A stretch of 64,000 nt of DNA from Eledone cirrhosa (lineage: Eukaryota): assembly GCA_964016885.1 (NCBI GenBank), contig OZ024741.1, positions 78,182,001 to 78,246,000 of the forward strand, read 5' to 3'. Below, piece after piece: positions 27,306-39,835 of the stretch. Below the pieces are notes generated by a model, which saw only the letters and a program-made list of their open reading frames with translations, was not told the origin of the DNA and did no database searches. Each line of letters opens with the position of its first letter. The first letter of the stretch is position 1. A program made the position numbers and the translations under genes.

Positions 27306-27461
27306 TCATCATCATCATCAACGTTTAACGTCCATGTTCCACGCTTGCATGGGTTTGGACGGGGGTTTTCCCACTTGAGGCAAGAGTGATTGTCTTGCTC
27401 GCATAGGACTGTCTGGCGGGTTTTCTGCAGCTGGATGCCCTTCCTAACACCAACCACATTT
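27306..27461 (-). mobile_element. RTE family B 3' tail fragment
   Basis: Reverse complement of the last ~155 nt of family B, inserted in a TA tract. Confidence 0.85.
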
Positions 27462-27556
27462 AATATGTATATATATATGTATATATATATGTATATATAT
27501 ATATACATATATTAATTCAAAATATTAATAAATATAGACATTTATGTGATCAAATA

Positions 27557-27622
27557 TATTTTATTATATATATTTCAGAGGTACTGTGCTGTTTCCTCAG
27601 TTCGTCCTCATCAGATAAAATA
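27557..27622 (-). ncRNA. Probable minimal type I hammerhead ribozyme
   Basis: Minus strand: tattttat-CTGATGA-gga...tct-GAA-atatatat-A-ataaaata. 8 bp stem I, weak stem II with inner actg/cagt hairpin, palindromic stem III, AUA triplet. Confidence 0.55.
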
Positions 27623-27675
27623 AATTGATGTCTGACATACCTCAACTGTGACATTGATGATGATGATATATATCA

Positions 27676-28335
27676 TGCCCCCTTCAACAGCAATGCAACA
27701 CATCAGCTGTAATTTACGAAGCTGTGGTCACTTCCAACCGACCAAACGAACCACAGGAGGTCAAATCCTATGTGGGCATGGCGGAGGGCCGTTTTAAGGA
27801 ACGTTTCCTGAACCACCAGTCTACCTTCAGGTACCCGGACAGACGTTCATCCACGAAACTCGCGAGCCATGTATGGTCCCTCAAGGACTCAAGTATAGAC
27901 TACTCCATTCAATGGAAAGCCATCACTAAGTCCAAGCCATACACAAGGGGAAATCCGACATGTGGCTTATGTATTGACGAACGAATAACTATTCTAAAGA
28001 GATTACGCAATAGTGATTGCCTAAACACGAGAAATGAATTTTTCACACGTTGTCCACACGCCACCAAACACCTGTTGCATAACTACAAGGCTCCAGACTG
28101 ATTCTTTGTAATTTTATTTTTCAACTAAAAACTTTTCGGACTTTCGCAGTTATCTCTCTTACACTTCTCGCATGCATTCTAGTATTGCCCGTGTGAAGTG
28201 ACCGGGTTTCTGCGCATGCGCATTCGTACGGTTGTCCATCCTGTTCCTATAACCATGCCCATTCCGAACTGAGGATCCGCTAAGGTGAAACAATTGTTCT
28301 CGGTATGGTGAACTAACTGTTGTGTAACCACTTCT
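27676..28335 (+). mobile_element. Penelope-like element (Naiad-type) 3' fragment, copy 1: GIY-YIG endonuclease open to 28101 plus 3'UTR
   Basis: CPLQQQC..VIYEA..YVGMAEGRFKERFLNH..LASHVW..CGLCIDE..LNTRNE..CPH gives GIY-YIG motifs with Naiad-style Cys motifs. Hammerhead in the 3'UTR. Confidence 0.85.
28264..28303 (+). ncRNA. Minimal hammerhead ribozyme of the PLE, copy 1
   Basis: ccgaa-CTGAGGA-tccgctaaggt-GAA-acaattgt-T-ctcgg. Palindromic stem III; one mismatch at the base of stem I. Confidence 0.7.
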
Positions 28336-28346
28336 ATATATATATA

Positions 28347-29148
28347 CAGTGAAGAACTCATAATGAAATAAGAAAATACTCCAATAATATAAAACCAGAA
28401 CAGGGTGCTCTTGCCGAAAGCCTGAAGCTTGTCCCCTTCCACAACAATGCAACACACCTTCTGAAGTTTATGAAGCTGTGGTCACTTCCAACTGACCAAA
28501 TCAACCACAGGAGGTCAAATCCTATGTGTGTATGGCGGAGGGCCAATTTAAGGAATGCTTCCTGAACCATCAGTCGACCTTTAGGTACCTGGACAAACGA
28601 TCATCCAAGAAACTCGCGAGCCACATATGGTCCCTCAAGGACTCAAGTATTAGATTACTCTATTCAATGGAAAGCCATCACTAAGTCCAAGCCATACGCA
28701 AGGGGCAATCCGTCTTGTGGAGTATGTATTGCTGAACAGATAAATATTCTAAAGAGATTACGCAATAGTGATTGCCTAAACTCAAGAAATGAAATCTCCA
28801 CACGTTGTCCACATGTCTGGAAACACCTCTTACATAACTACAAAACTCCGGATTGAATAACAACATCCTAATTTTCTTATCAACTAGAACCTTTCAGACT
28901 TTCGCAGTTATCTCCCTTACACCTTTTGCATTCAGTTTTGTATTGCCTGGGTGAAGTGACCGTTTCTGCGCATGAGCGTTCATACGGATGTCCTTCCTAT
29001 TCCGTATAACCTTGACCATTACGAGCTGAGGATCCGCTAAGGTGAAACAATTGTTCTCGGTATGGTGAACTAACTGTTGTGTTACCACTTCTACCTAACT
29101 CGTCCCATGGATTGAGTGCTCTACCACTACGGATATTACCTTCCAGTG
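28347..29148 (+). mobile_element. Penelope-like element 3' fragment, copy 2 (tandem, decayed)
   Basis: Diverged repeat of copy 1 that extends further 5' (NKKIL..GCSCRKPEACPLPQQC). Frameshifted. Confidence 0.85.
29022..29059 (+). ncRNA. Minimal hammerhead ribozyme of the PLE, copy 2
   Basis: cgag-CTGAGGA-tccgctaaggt-GAA-acaattgt-T-ctcg. The core is identical to copy 1 while the flanks diverge. Confidence 0.75.
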
Positions 29149-29153
29149 TTCTC

Positions 29154-29217
<64 letters not shown>

Positions 29218-29289
29218 GATAGATAGATAGATAGATAGATAGATATAAAAATAAATATACACGGGTGTGTATGATTGTGTATAGAAGAT

Positions 29290-29647
29290 TATATTAATAA
29301 AAGGAATTCCAACTTTGTCTGATTTACTCGTTTTATTTACAATCCTTTAAAATTATAATGATATTATAATGAAATAGTATGGTAGAATGTTAAATGTTAA
29401 TTGAACAAGTACTTTCATGTTTTCACAATCTTCAGGTTCATATTCAGTGGTGACAGTCAAGTTGAAAATTGCAAACTTGACTGTCACCACTGAATATGAA
29501 CCAGAAGATTGCGAAAACATGAAAGTACTTGTTCAATTAACATTTAATATTCCACCATACTATTTCATTATAATATCATTATAATTTAAAGGGATTGTAA
29601 ATAAAACGAGTAAATCAGACAAAGTTGGAATTCCTTTTATTAATATA
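29290..29647. mobile_element. Fold-back palindrome or MITE with 174 bp arms and a 10 nt spacer
   Basis: 29290-29463 is the reverse complement of 29474-29647 with few mismatches. TA-rich ends. Confidence 0.85.
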
Positions 29648-29834
29648 TATATATATACATATACATACAGGATACTGGTGTTGATGGGTGTACGGTCGTA
29701 GTGGCAGCAGCAATGACGGCAAGGATATATAAACATGCAAGCATTACATTCATATACATACATATATTTCTAAACGTAAATATGTAAAAATATGCTTTTT
29801 TTTTAAAAAACAAAAGCAACCTTGGATTTAACAA

Positions 29835-30700
29835 TGACATGTTGAAACTTGTTTACAGCAGCAAGGGTTGCACAGACATGTTCTTAGCTTGAATGAAGTA
29901 GTAAAACATGTTGGGACTTGTTTAGTGGGGTTTGTGAGCTTGCACAAACATATCCCTAGCTTGATTGAAAGAACAGAACATGTCAGGACATGTCTAAAGT
30001 TTAGTGATGCGTAAGGGCTTGCACAGACATATACCCAGCTTGACTGAAGGAATCAAACATGTCAGGACTTGTCTATAGGGACTTTCACTGGCATACCTGA
30101 AGTACCAAAACATGTTGAGACCTGTTTAGTGAGATGCAGTAGTTTGCACAGATGGGTCTGTTTTCAGCTTGACTGAAGTAAAATAGAACATGTTCAGACT
30201 TTTCTGCAATATACTGAAGCATGAAAGAACAAGCACAAACATGACTGCTGCTTGGTTGAAGTAAAACATGCGAAGACCTGTCTGTAGTATATTGAAGTTG
30301 AAAGAGCTTGCAGGAACATGTCTAGCTTGACTGAAGTAAAACATAAAATACATGCCTAGATTTTACAAAAATGTTGAAATGAAAAAAAAAAAGAAAATTA
30401 TGAATATGGTGTGTGTGGAAATGAAAAAAAAAGAATTTTTTGGAAAATGGAGTATGTTGAAGTGAAAAAACTTCTTTGTAGCTTAAGCTGGCAGAAAATA
30501 AAGTGAAAGCCTGTCTGTAGGATGTTGAAATTTAAAAAGTTTGCAGAAGCATGTCTTTATCTTGGCTGGAGTGTAAAACAATCAGGTAAAGATATATCTA
30601 GGATATATTGAAGTGAAGGTACTTTTTCCAAAATTGTTGAAAACATGTTGAAACTTGTAAAAAGATGTTTGGAACATGTGGATGTTAAAAAAATATGTTC
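29835..30700. repeat. Degenerate minisatellite, roughly 60-70 bp unit
   Basis: Recurrent ttgcacagacatg..agcttgactgaag..aaaacatgtt motifs. Confidence 0.6.
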
Positions 30701-30930
30701 AGAAACTGATATGTGTTAGTATGCTTGTGTGAGTTGCAAAAAACACACAGAAAAAACAAAACAAAACAAAAATGTTAATGTGCTGAGAGAGGAAAACAAT
30801 CTAATGTTTTGGATATGGCCTATTTTTCATCATAATCACTATCATCAGAACAATTTCTCCCATTCTTCATGCAACTCTAAAAAAAGTCATCTTCAGTTTG
30901 TTAGTTACTTTCTTGAGTATCCATTCTGTC

Positions 30931-30949
30931 ATGTCAGATACTACAGAAG
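30931..30949 (+). CDS. BAX: Candidate first coding exon of the Bax-like gene (MSDTTE + 1 nt)
   Basis: gtcATGtcagatactacagaag|gtagga gives a phase-1 donor matching the phase-1 acceptor at 39415 and a Bax-sized protein. There is no homology support for so short an exon. Confidence 0.45.
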
Positions 30950-33900
30950 GTAGGAAGTTCACATTTTTTTAATCAATAATTACTAAGCAACATATATTTT
31001 TCTTTAAATATTTTCTTTTTCTTTTTTAACAGATTATTTAGAAATTCAGTACATGGCTCCTCCACACAGTTAAACTTGTGGTCATGTGCTAGCTGAATTA
31101 TGGGTTACATGAAAAACGAAATTCAGGCGAAATATATCCTCTCTCTCACATACACACATACAGAAATAGGATGTCTTTCAAATAGTAGTGGCTATGACAG
31201 AGTGAAGGCAGCTGGACAATGCATTATGTCCCTGAGCAAGACACTTTATTTCATATGCAACTGGTAGATAGTACCAGCAAATGGAAACATTGTTTGCTTG
31301 GTCCGATTTGATGAGTTCCACCCCACTCAGCAAATGTTGTCTGGGATTTTGTCGATCTTGTAAAAAAAAAAGGGTGCATGGTTTAGATTAGGGTGTTGGA
31401 TTTATGATCATAATGTCGTGGGTTTGATTCCTGGACTGAGTGTTGTGTTGTGTTCTTGAGCAAAATACTTCATTTCACATTGTTCCAGTACACTCAGCTG
31501 AAAATGAATACCAGCAGTAGCTGAGAAGTTAACCTTGCTATGGACCGGCATGGGGAGTTTTGTACTCTCAGTCATTAATGCCAAAGAAACTGGGATAAGC
31601 ACTAACCTGATGAGCTACTGAGCTTGGGACTGACTTTAACTTTTTTATAATAGTCAGAAGTGTAAAATACATTAAGAAACAGACTACTTATGTGGTACAT
31701 AGTAACAGAATATTTTACTGATATTGGTGACTATAACGGAAATGTAAAATATACTGACAAAACTGAACACACACGTATAGAAATATGTTCTCACACACTT
31801 CTTTACACAATTTCTGTCAGATATTGGTGACTATAATAGTTAGTAATAAAACACATAGACAAACATGGACCACGTGTATAGAAATATGTTCACACACACA
31901 CGCACACACACAATAACACTAACTTTCAGATATTGGTGATTGTAATAGAAGTAAAAAAAAAAGTTAAATACTGACCTCATGTGTGTAGAAATATGTTCAA
32001 AAATAGCTGCATAGTAACACCAGCTTTGTTCAGATATTGTTAGTAGTGAAATATACAAAATCTGACCATATATGTAGAGAAATAAATATGTTCATACAAA
32101 CCTTGTTAGTAACGTCACAATACAAGATACTCAATGCCACCCTAAAAATAACATAAAATGCTAGTTAGTAAACTACCTGTCTGGCCAGCAAACCTATATA
32201 GTGTACAAGAACATTTCCAGAATATATACTCTTCTGAGTGGAGTACTATAAACATCTGTTGATGTCAGATTGGAGTAGTAGTCTGGAGACTAGTGGGAGG
32301 ATGTTTGTGATGTCATCTATATATGTGACTTAGTGTATGTTTTGGTGTGGTGTTGTGCAACTACTCCAACCTTATAGTAATCACTAGAAATCAACACCCT
32401 TAACCCTTTTGTTACCATATTTCTAATGAAAGGCTGCCTATTATTTTAAAATAATTTAAAAAATAAAGTATTTATGGAATTTAATAATATAACTAACTTC
32501 CACATCATTAAGTTGATGTTTGGAACATAACTTAACCCTTTTGTTACCACATTTCTTATGAAAGACGCTGTCCATTTTCAAATAATAAGGATTTGATAAT
32601 ATAACTAGCTTTCTCATTATTAAGCTAATGTTTGGAACATAAATTTCCTTACATAGAATTATAATTGTTTCTACTTTAGGCACAAGGCCAGCAATTACCC
32701 AGTGTATTACTGGTACTTTATTTTATCGACCCCGTAAGGATGAAAGGCAAAGTCAACCTCGGCCGGATTTGAACTCAGATCGTAATAAATACATAGAATT
32801 ATAATGGAAGTTTTTTAGACAAAATAAACAGTTTTGTATCATAAAATCAAGGCACGGTTTAGTATCAAAATGGTTTAAGTATATCCTACCTAATCCATTA
32901 TCTCTTTTTTTTTTTATCAGCAATACTAGAGAATATCACATTTAACACCACACACACACACACATATACAGACAGAAAGTGAAGTGAGAGGGAGAGAAGA
33001 GAAAATACTAAGCATTATATAAATACAGCATTCATGAGAAATAGCAAAGAAAACAAAATGATTGTCGCTTTTAGATTTTCTTCTACATGTTGACATGGAT
33101 TGGATGAGTGTTTTTGTGGCTGTATTCTATGGTTGGATGCCCTTCTTGTCACCATCTCATACATTATTTTTAAGTATGGTTCATTTTCATGAGACCATTA
33201 AGCTGTGGCACATAAACAACTGTTGTTTGGAAGATGGCTATAGAAACATGCACAAATGTGTGTGTGTGTGCATATATATGTATGTACACACACACACATT
33301 GTCATCATCGTTGTTTTTACATCCACTTTTCTTTATTGGCATGGGATAGTTGGGATGTTTTGCGGTAATGTTTTCAGCCAGATGCCCTTCCTAGTGCCAA
33401 CCCATTTAGTCACCTCTGATGACACACAGGGCTTCAGTGTATCTATTCTAAAATCCAGGATATATACACAAACACACACACATATGATGAGCTCCTTCAC
33501 TGTTGGCATGCATGGTCCCTTAACTCCTGAGCAAGTTGTAGGGGCTCCATATTGATATATGGTGTTTCTTTGGCATTTTTACATCTGGCAGTGCCCATCT
33601 CATCACCAGGTCTGAATACAGCTGATTTCTTCCAGAGAAGGATAGAGAGTGAGAGAATGGAAATGAGGAACAATCGACCCCAGTACTTGACTAGTACTTT
33701 TTTTTTTATTGACCTCGAATGGATGAAAGTAAAGTTGACCTCGCTGGGATTTGAACTCAGAGATCACAAATGAATACCACGAAGCATTCTATCCAACATT
33801 CTAACAACTTTACCAATTTACTGCCTAATACTTCACTGTTTAAAGCTTCCAAATTCACTCACAATGCATTACTTGGCCTGATATTATGGTAGAAGTCATT

Positions 33901-34435
33901 TGTCTAAGGTAACATAATGGAATTGAACCCACACTTAACTAATCAGCCATGTTTGCACTGAAATGTAGAGAACAATTTCCTTTTAACTTTGACTTAATAT
34001 TGAATCAGGCATTTCTGCCAACTACATTAGAGAATTGGAAGTAGAAGGCTCATCAAATACAGCTATACTATCCATTATTTTATTTATTTATTTATTCTCA
34101 ATTTTCTGTACTGCAAAACTTTCCAACCCATATCAGCATGAGAAGGTGACCATTAACCCTTTTGTTGCCATAATCCTAATGAAATAAACTGTACTTCATT
34201 ACTAAGTTAGAAACTTAACATATGATTCTTATATAAAATCATATTGGAAAATTTTGATTTAAACTAGACCACCCGTGACCCATTGGGTCACGACCACGTC
34301 AAAATATTTTTAAAAAGTAATTTTCACTTAAAAATACTTTTTGAATAATTAAAATATACACAGACATATAATGTGAAATGAAACTGGAAGGCCTATATAT
34401 ATACGTGTGTATGTATATATATAAATGTGTGTGTT

Positions 34436-34477
<42 letters not shown>

Positions 34478-37400
34478 AATGTGTATATATGTGGGTGTCT
34501 GTGATCTATATACACTGGTCATAGACACACACATATATATATACACACACACTCACATACATATATATACACAACACCACCATCAGCTCTCTCTTCCATT
34601 CTCCTTCTCTGTCTCCTCTTCCTCTCTCTATCTCTCTCTTTCAATCTACTCTCTCACAACCACTATCTCTTTCTCTCTATCTTTCTCTCTCTCTGTTTAT
34701 GAAGGTTCCCAGAAAACCTCATATCTTGGGAACCCGTGCTTCGATTTACGCGAAACTTGTTTTATTCCATTTGTATTCCCATTTCAGAGGCAACTTCCTT
34801 TCAAATTATTTTCCCATTATGCGCCATTTTGATTGTATTACATTACAGACAAGCAAGCAATCACAGACTTTTAGTAAAATATAGATAAAACCCTTTAAAA
34901 TGGATGGTTTTCTTTAATAGGACCAGAGCCGGTTTGGGGAGGGTTGTTAATGAAAAGGTTAAAATGATGATGATGTTTAGCGCTATCTCAGTTCTGACTA
35001 AGCAAACATGTGATCAAAGGCATTTTGACTGTGGTCATTTTGTCTCTTTGGTGTGGTTGTGGTAACATATTATTTAATTTATCCCTCCTTGTTTCAAGGA
35101 ATGGAGTGTGAATTGAAGGAATTTTGGCTGCTATTTCTGCTGCTACAGAAATGAATTAATGTTTACTAACAGACTTTCTCTCCCTCCTTTTTTATTGATT
35201 CTGTCTAGAACAGTATTTCATAAAGTGGGTTTCAAAGAATTTCCATGTAAAAGTTGTAGGGTTCCATAGGGTGTCTTTTGATAAAATTTAATAAAAAATG
35301 ATGTTATAAAAAAATAGCATTTATCATTTTCAAATAAATTATTTTTCTAAAACAGGTTTTGTTTCATTTAACCCTTTAGCATTTAAACCAGCCATATCTG
35401 GCCGGAATTCTCTCCCCTCTTTCTGTTCTAACGTTAAGGTATTGTTCTCAACATAAATAATATCAAAATCTCATAGATTCTATATTATGTGAGATTATTA
35501 TGTGAGATATAATGTTTACCATGAAAATACAATAGTAAATATAGAGTAATGTAAATGCTAAAGGGTTAATGTGTTATTAAAATGATGGTGGCAGAAATTA
35601 TCTGTAAAATATAGGTCTGGCTTACATGATCTATGGAAAATTGTATGAGGGTTCTGCAAATTTTGGGAAAATTGTATGGGGTATCTGTGACAAAATAAGT
35701 TTAAGAACCATTGCTCATCTAGAGATAGTGGTTACATCCCCCAACCAGTGAGGCGCAGTTAACCTTTCTTTTAAACAGTTGTAAGTCGCTGGCTGCAAGA
35801 AAAACACATACAAAAAGGAAACTTGTCTCCTGTAATTCTAGAGTTTTAACTTTGCAAATAAAGTGTACAATACATGTTCAGCACTATCTCTCTTAGTGGA
35901 GAGAAGGGGGTGACAGTGGTGGTAATTAGTTTACTTAAGATCTCTATGGAGCTCTTGTAACTTGACACGCCCTTGTGATTTAGCAAAGTTAAGTACTAAA
36001 ATTAAAATAGGTCGTTGTTGTTGGTGGTGGTGGGTGGGATATTTAGGCTGTGTCAGCAAGATACAATCCAATCCAAGATCATCATCTTCATAATCATTTT
36101 AATGTCTACTATTTCCTTACTGGTATGAGTAGGATGGTTCTGCAAATGTTCACTTTCAATGGAGGGATAACTCAAGAAGTAAATGTAAGGAACCAAGTGA
36201 AAATTAAATGGAGCGAGTCTGGGTACATTCAATTGCCTGTATGCATGCCTCCATGCACACACACGCATACATCTGCAAACCCACCTACACATTTTGTTCT
36301 ATAAAATAACTTACTGTTTGAAATAGCAGCCTATGTCCTTCATGTCACACCTTACCTTCTTAAAAAATAAAGGACATTGGAGAATGTAGCCCTTCATATA
36401 CAAAAAGATGGAATGGTAACAGCCGGAATGCTTTTGTTTTTAGGTCTGACTGTTCAGGGCTGACTGAGGGTTAAACAAGATCATTTTATCTCAACTTTTC
36501 CATGCTAGCATGGGTTGGGTGAGACATTTTTGAGGCAGTACTCTACAACTGGATGCCCTTCTTGTTGCCAACTCTTTACAGGACATATTACATGGGACAT
36601 AAATAGCACCAGTTGTTCAAGTAGTGTAAATATGAAGACCACATACACACACATGATAGACTTCCACACTGTTCCCATGTACCAAATTCCCCTCACAAGG
36701 CTGTGCCTATCTGAGGGTATATATAGTAAAAGATATTTACCCAAGGTGTTGCACTATGGAATTGAACCCATAATCACATGCTTATGCAAACTACAGCAAC
36801 AACAAATAGAAGACATGGTTTTCTATTTTAGTTTCATCATCATTATCATCATTTAACATCCATATACATTTATTGTTCCGCCCATAGTTTAAATAACTCC
36901 TATTTTTAGTCAATTTTTTCACAAATGAAGTAATCTGAACAAAACATGAAGCAATGAGGGGGACAACTTCAATGTGATCACTTGACCTGCTAGAAATAGC
37001 AGCCATTTCTCCCTCAAATTTTTTTCTATCGTCTTAAAAAAGGCAGGACAAATTGAATAATTCAGTACAAGATACAATAACTGGAAAATTAAAAAGAGGA
37101 ACAGCCATGGCTAGAACACCTTTGTTCATAAGATCAGGATGTTAAACAGCAACAACAACTATGTGATATAAGTAGTCAATGAAAGATCCTCTGTGGTTAC
37201 TCAACCTGCTAAAAATAGAAGTCAAATCCTTCCATTTTTGACCTGGTTTGTACGATAGATACTCTTTCTAACATCAACCACCTTACAGAGTGAACTAGGT
37301 ATTTTTGTTGTGCTACCAGCACTAGAAAAATTGCCTTTTAAGATCCTTTTCCTCTCAATGTAGTTTCACATTTTTCAAAGTAAAAGTGAACGACATGGTA

Positions 37401-39801
37401 ATTGGAAGGGAAGTGATGGCTAAGAGTTGAAAGAAGAGAACCCCCCCCCCCCACATATATGATAGTGGGGAGGAAAGAAAGTAAACCAGTGTTTGCTTTG
37501 CTGTAAGCCTATAAATAACAGGACTATTGTTCTCTAATTGTGATATAAAAGGGTTGTTTGAGTTGTTCAATCAATGGAACTGCCTATTCATTGTATTACA
37601 GCATAACTGGTGATATATTTCACAGTCACCTATACATTCATTGTAATCTTCAGATAGAATTAGTGTAAAGACACTGTAGACATGACTGGGCTATTGAATT
37701 ACAAGTAGAATCTATCAGTGTCTCTGATTAATTTCATTCACAAAGCTTGCATTGACCTGAGAATATATTAGAAGAGAATCTAAACCACAACTTTGTGATT
37801 GTGAAACAAATTTCTTAACCATGTGTGCATATTGTATGCGTGTGAGTATATAATGCATGTATGTATGTACATATGTAATTACGTATGTACATACGAGGAT
37901 AAGTCAAAAATTATCTGCACTTTCACCATAACATATATTTAGGTTTGTCACACTACCTTCTGCTCATGTGTGCTTATAGTGAGTACTATTGTGGTCACTT
38001 GATTGAGCTTGATCGTGCCAGTTTTCTTGCTGCTGTTACAGTATAAACATGGCCACTTCACTAGCAGTATGCACCAGGATGTTTCCACTCCATGCTCTGT
38101 CTTTTGGATTCTGGCTCTTGTGATGGCCCTACATTTCATCTCCTTTGACTATTCTGCTAAAAGATTCTTCACCTTCATTGTTGTAGTGGTCTAGTAAATA
38201 TTGGCAGACCTCAACACGTTTGTACTTGTGTTCTGCTTTAAGTTCTGTTGGCACCCATCTCGCATAGACTTTATGGAAGCCAAGTTCATCATGGATGATT
38301 TGAGAGGCAGAACCATGACTAATCTGCAGAGAACATGCTACCTCATAGATGATAACCAACTGATTCACAATTACCACCTCTCAAGCTTGCTGAATCCTCT
38401 CGTCAGTGGTGGTGTTATGCTTGTCCGGCCACTTTTAATCTTCTCAATCCACTCATACACACTTCTACATGGTATTGCACTGTCACTATATTGTGTTGAA
38501 AGCCTCTGATGAATTTTAGCCCCTGACACACCTTCTGACCAGAAAAATTGGACCACAGCCCCTTTTCCTCATTTTTTTGCCAGGGATAACCAAAAAACTG
38601 TTTATCTCCTTAGCATAGAACATGATAAGAAACTGTTGCATACTATCATATCAACTCTTCTCTACACTTTTTTTTATCTGCAACATTATATTGAAATATA
38701 TTGACTGGGAAAGAGTTTTCTTTAGTTGTTGGTTCCTCTGTAGACTTGAAATCCTGACATCTGCTTCCCAAGCAGCAAAGGTGGTATGCAGTGTGATTGA
38801 ACATGGAACCATGTACTTGTGAAGTATACTGTCTATGTATCATCATCATTTAACATACATTTTCCATGCTAGCAAGGGTTGGACTGGTCATCACAGACAA
38901 AGTATTTTATTAGACATCTCAGACAGGAGAGGGGCTGCATCTTGCTTTCATGGATTCCCGCAATTTGCACATTGTACTGGGTACATTTTATTGTAGCACT
39001 GAAAAGTCTTCTCAACCCCTTTTAGTATGTTTTCTACTGCTGGATGCTCTTCCGAACACTAACCACTTTACAGAATGCAATTGTGGCACCTCACCAAGAC
39101 ATGTTTGGGAAGTCACAGTACTGACTTGGTATGTGAAGATCTGTTCAACCCTTGCTAGCAGGGAAAGTTGGCATTAAAATAATGATGATATATATGCATG
39201 TATTAGTATTTTAATGGCGGTGCCCCCAGCATGGCCTCAGCCTGTCGGCTGGAAGACGTAATGGAGTAAATGCATTTTAAATCTTGATGAAACATACCAA
39301 AAGAAAGTTTTAATGTTAATTTCTTATTTGAGTTGAAACCCTCGACTCCTTCACACTTTTCTATCATGGTATTTTGTATATGATTATTGCATTTCCAATC
39401 TTTTCTTTCTGCAGAATCGCCCAAGAAAAAGTTAGACAGAGATGATGTCGGAAACCAGGCGCGGTGTTTGTTGAACCAGTTCATCCATGACAGAATGGAA
39501 AATGAAGGCTTTGAAAACCCACTTCAAGAATCCAACCTCATCGAACCAGACACACCAACTGGTAAGAAACCACTACACAGTCATAACTTAGCATCAACTG
39601 TAACCCTCTGGCTCTTGCTCCACTGACCCCCAACCCAGTGCTGAGTTGTACAATACCAACAATAAGTAGAGAGGAACAACAATTGTTACATTCTAAGTTT
39701 ACCTTGTCTTATTTAAATGTGACCATCATCAGAATCTGCAGGTATGATGATGATGATGATGGTGATGGTGGTGGTGGTGGTGGTGGTGGTGGTGGTGGTG
39801 G

Positions 39802-39835
<34 letters not shown>

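Noticed and set aside
28400-28460. Selenocysteine-encoding Naiad
   Set aside because: The visible Cys positions use TGC/TGT and I could not identify a SECIS.
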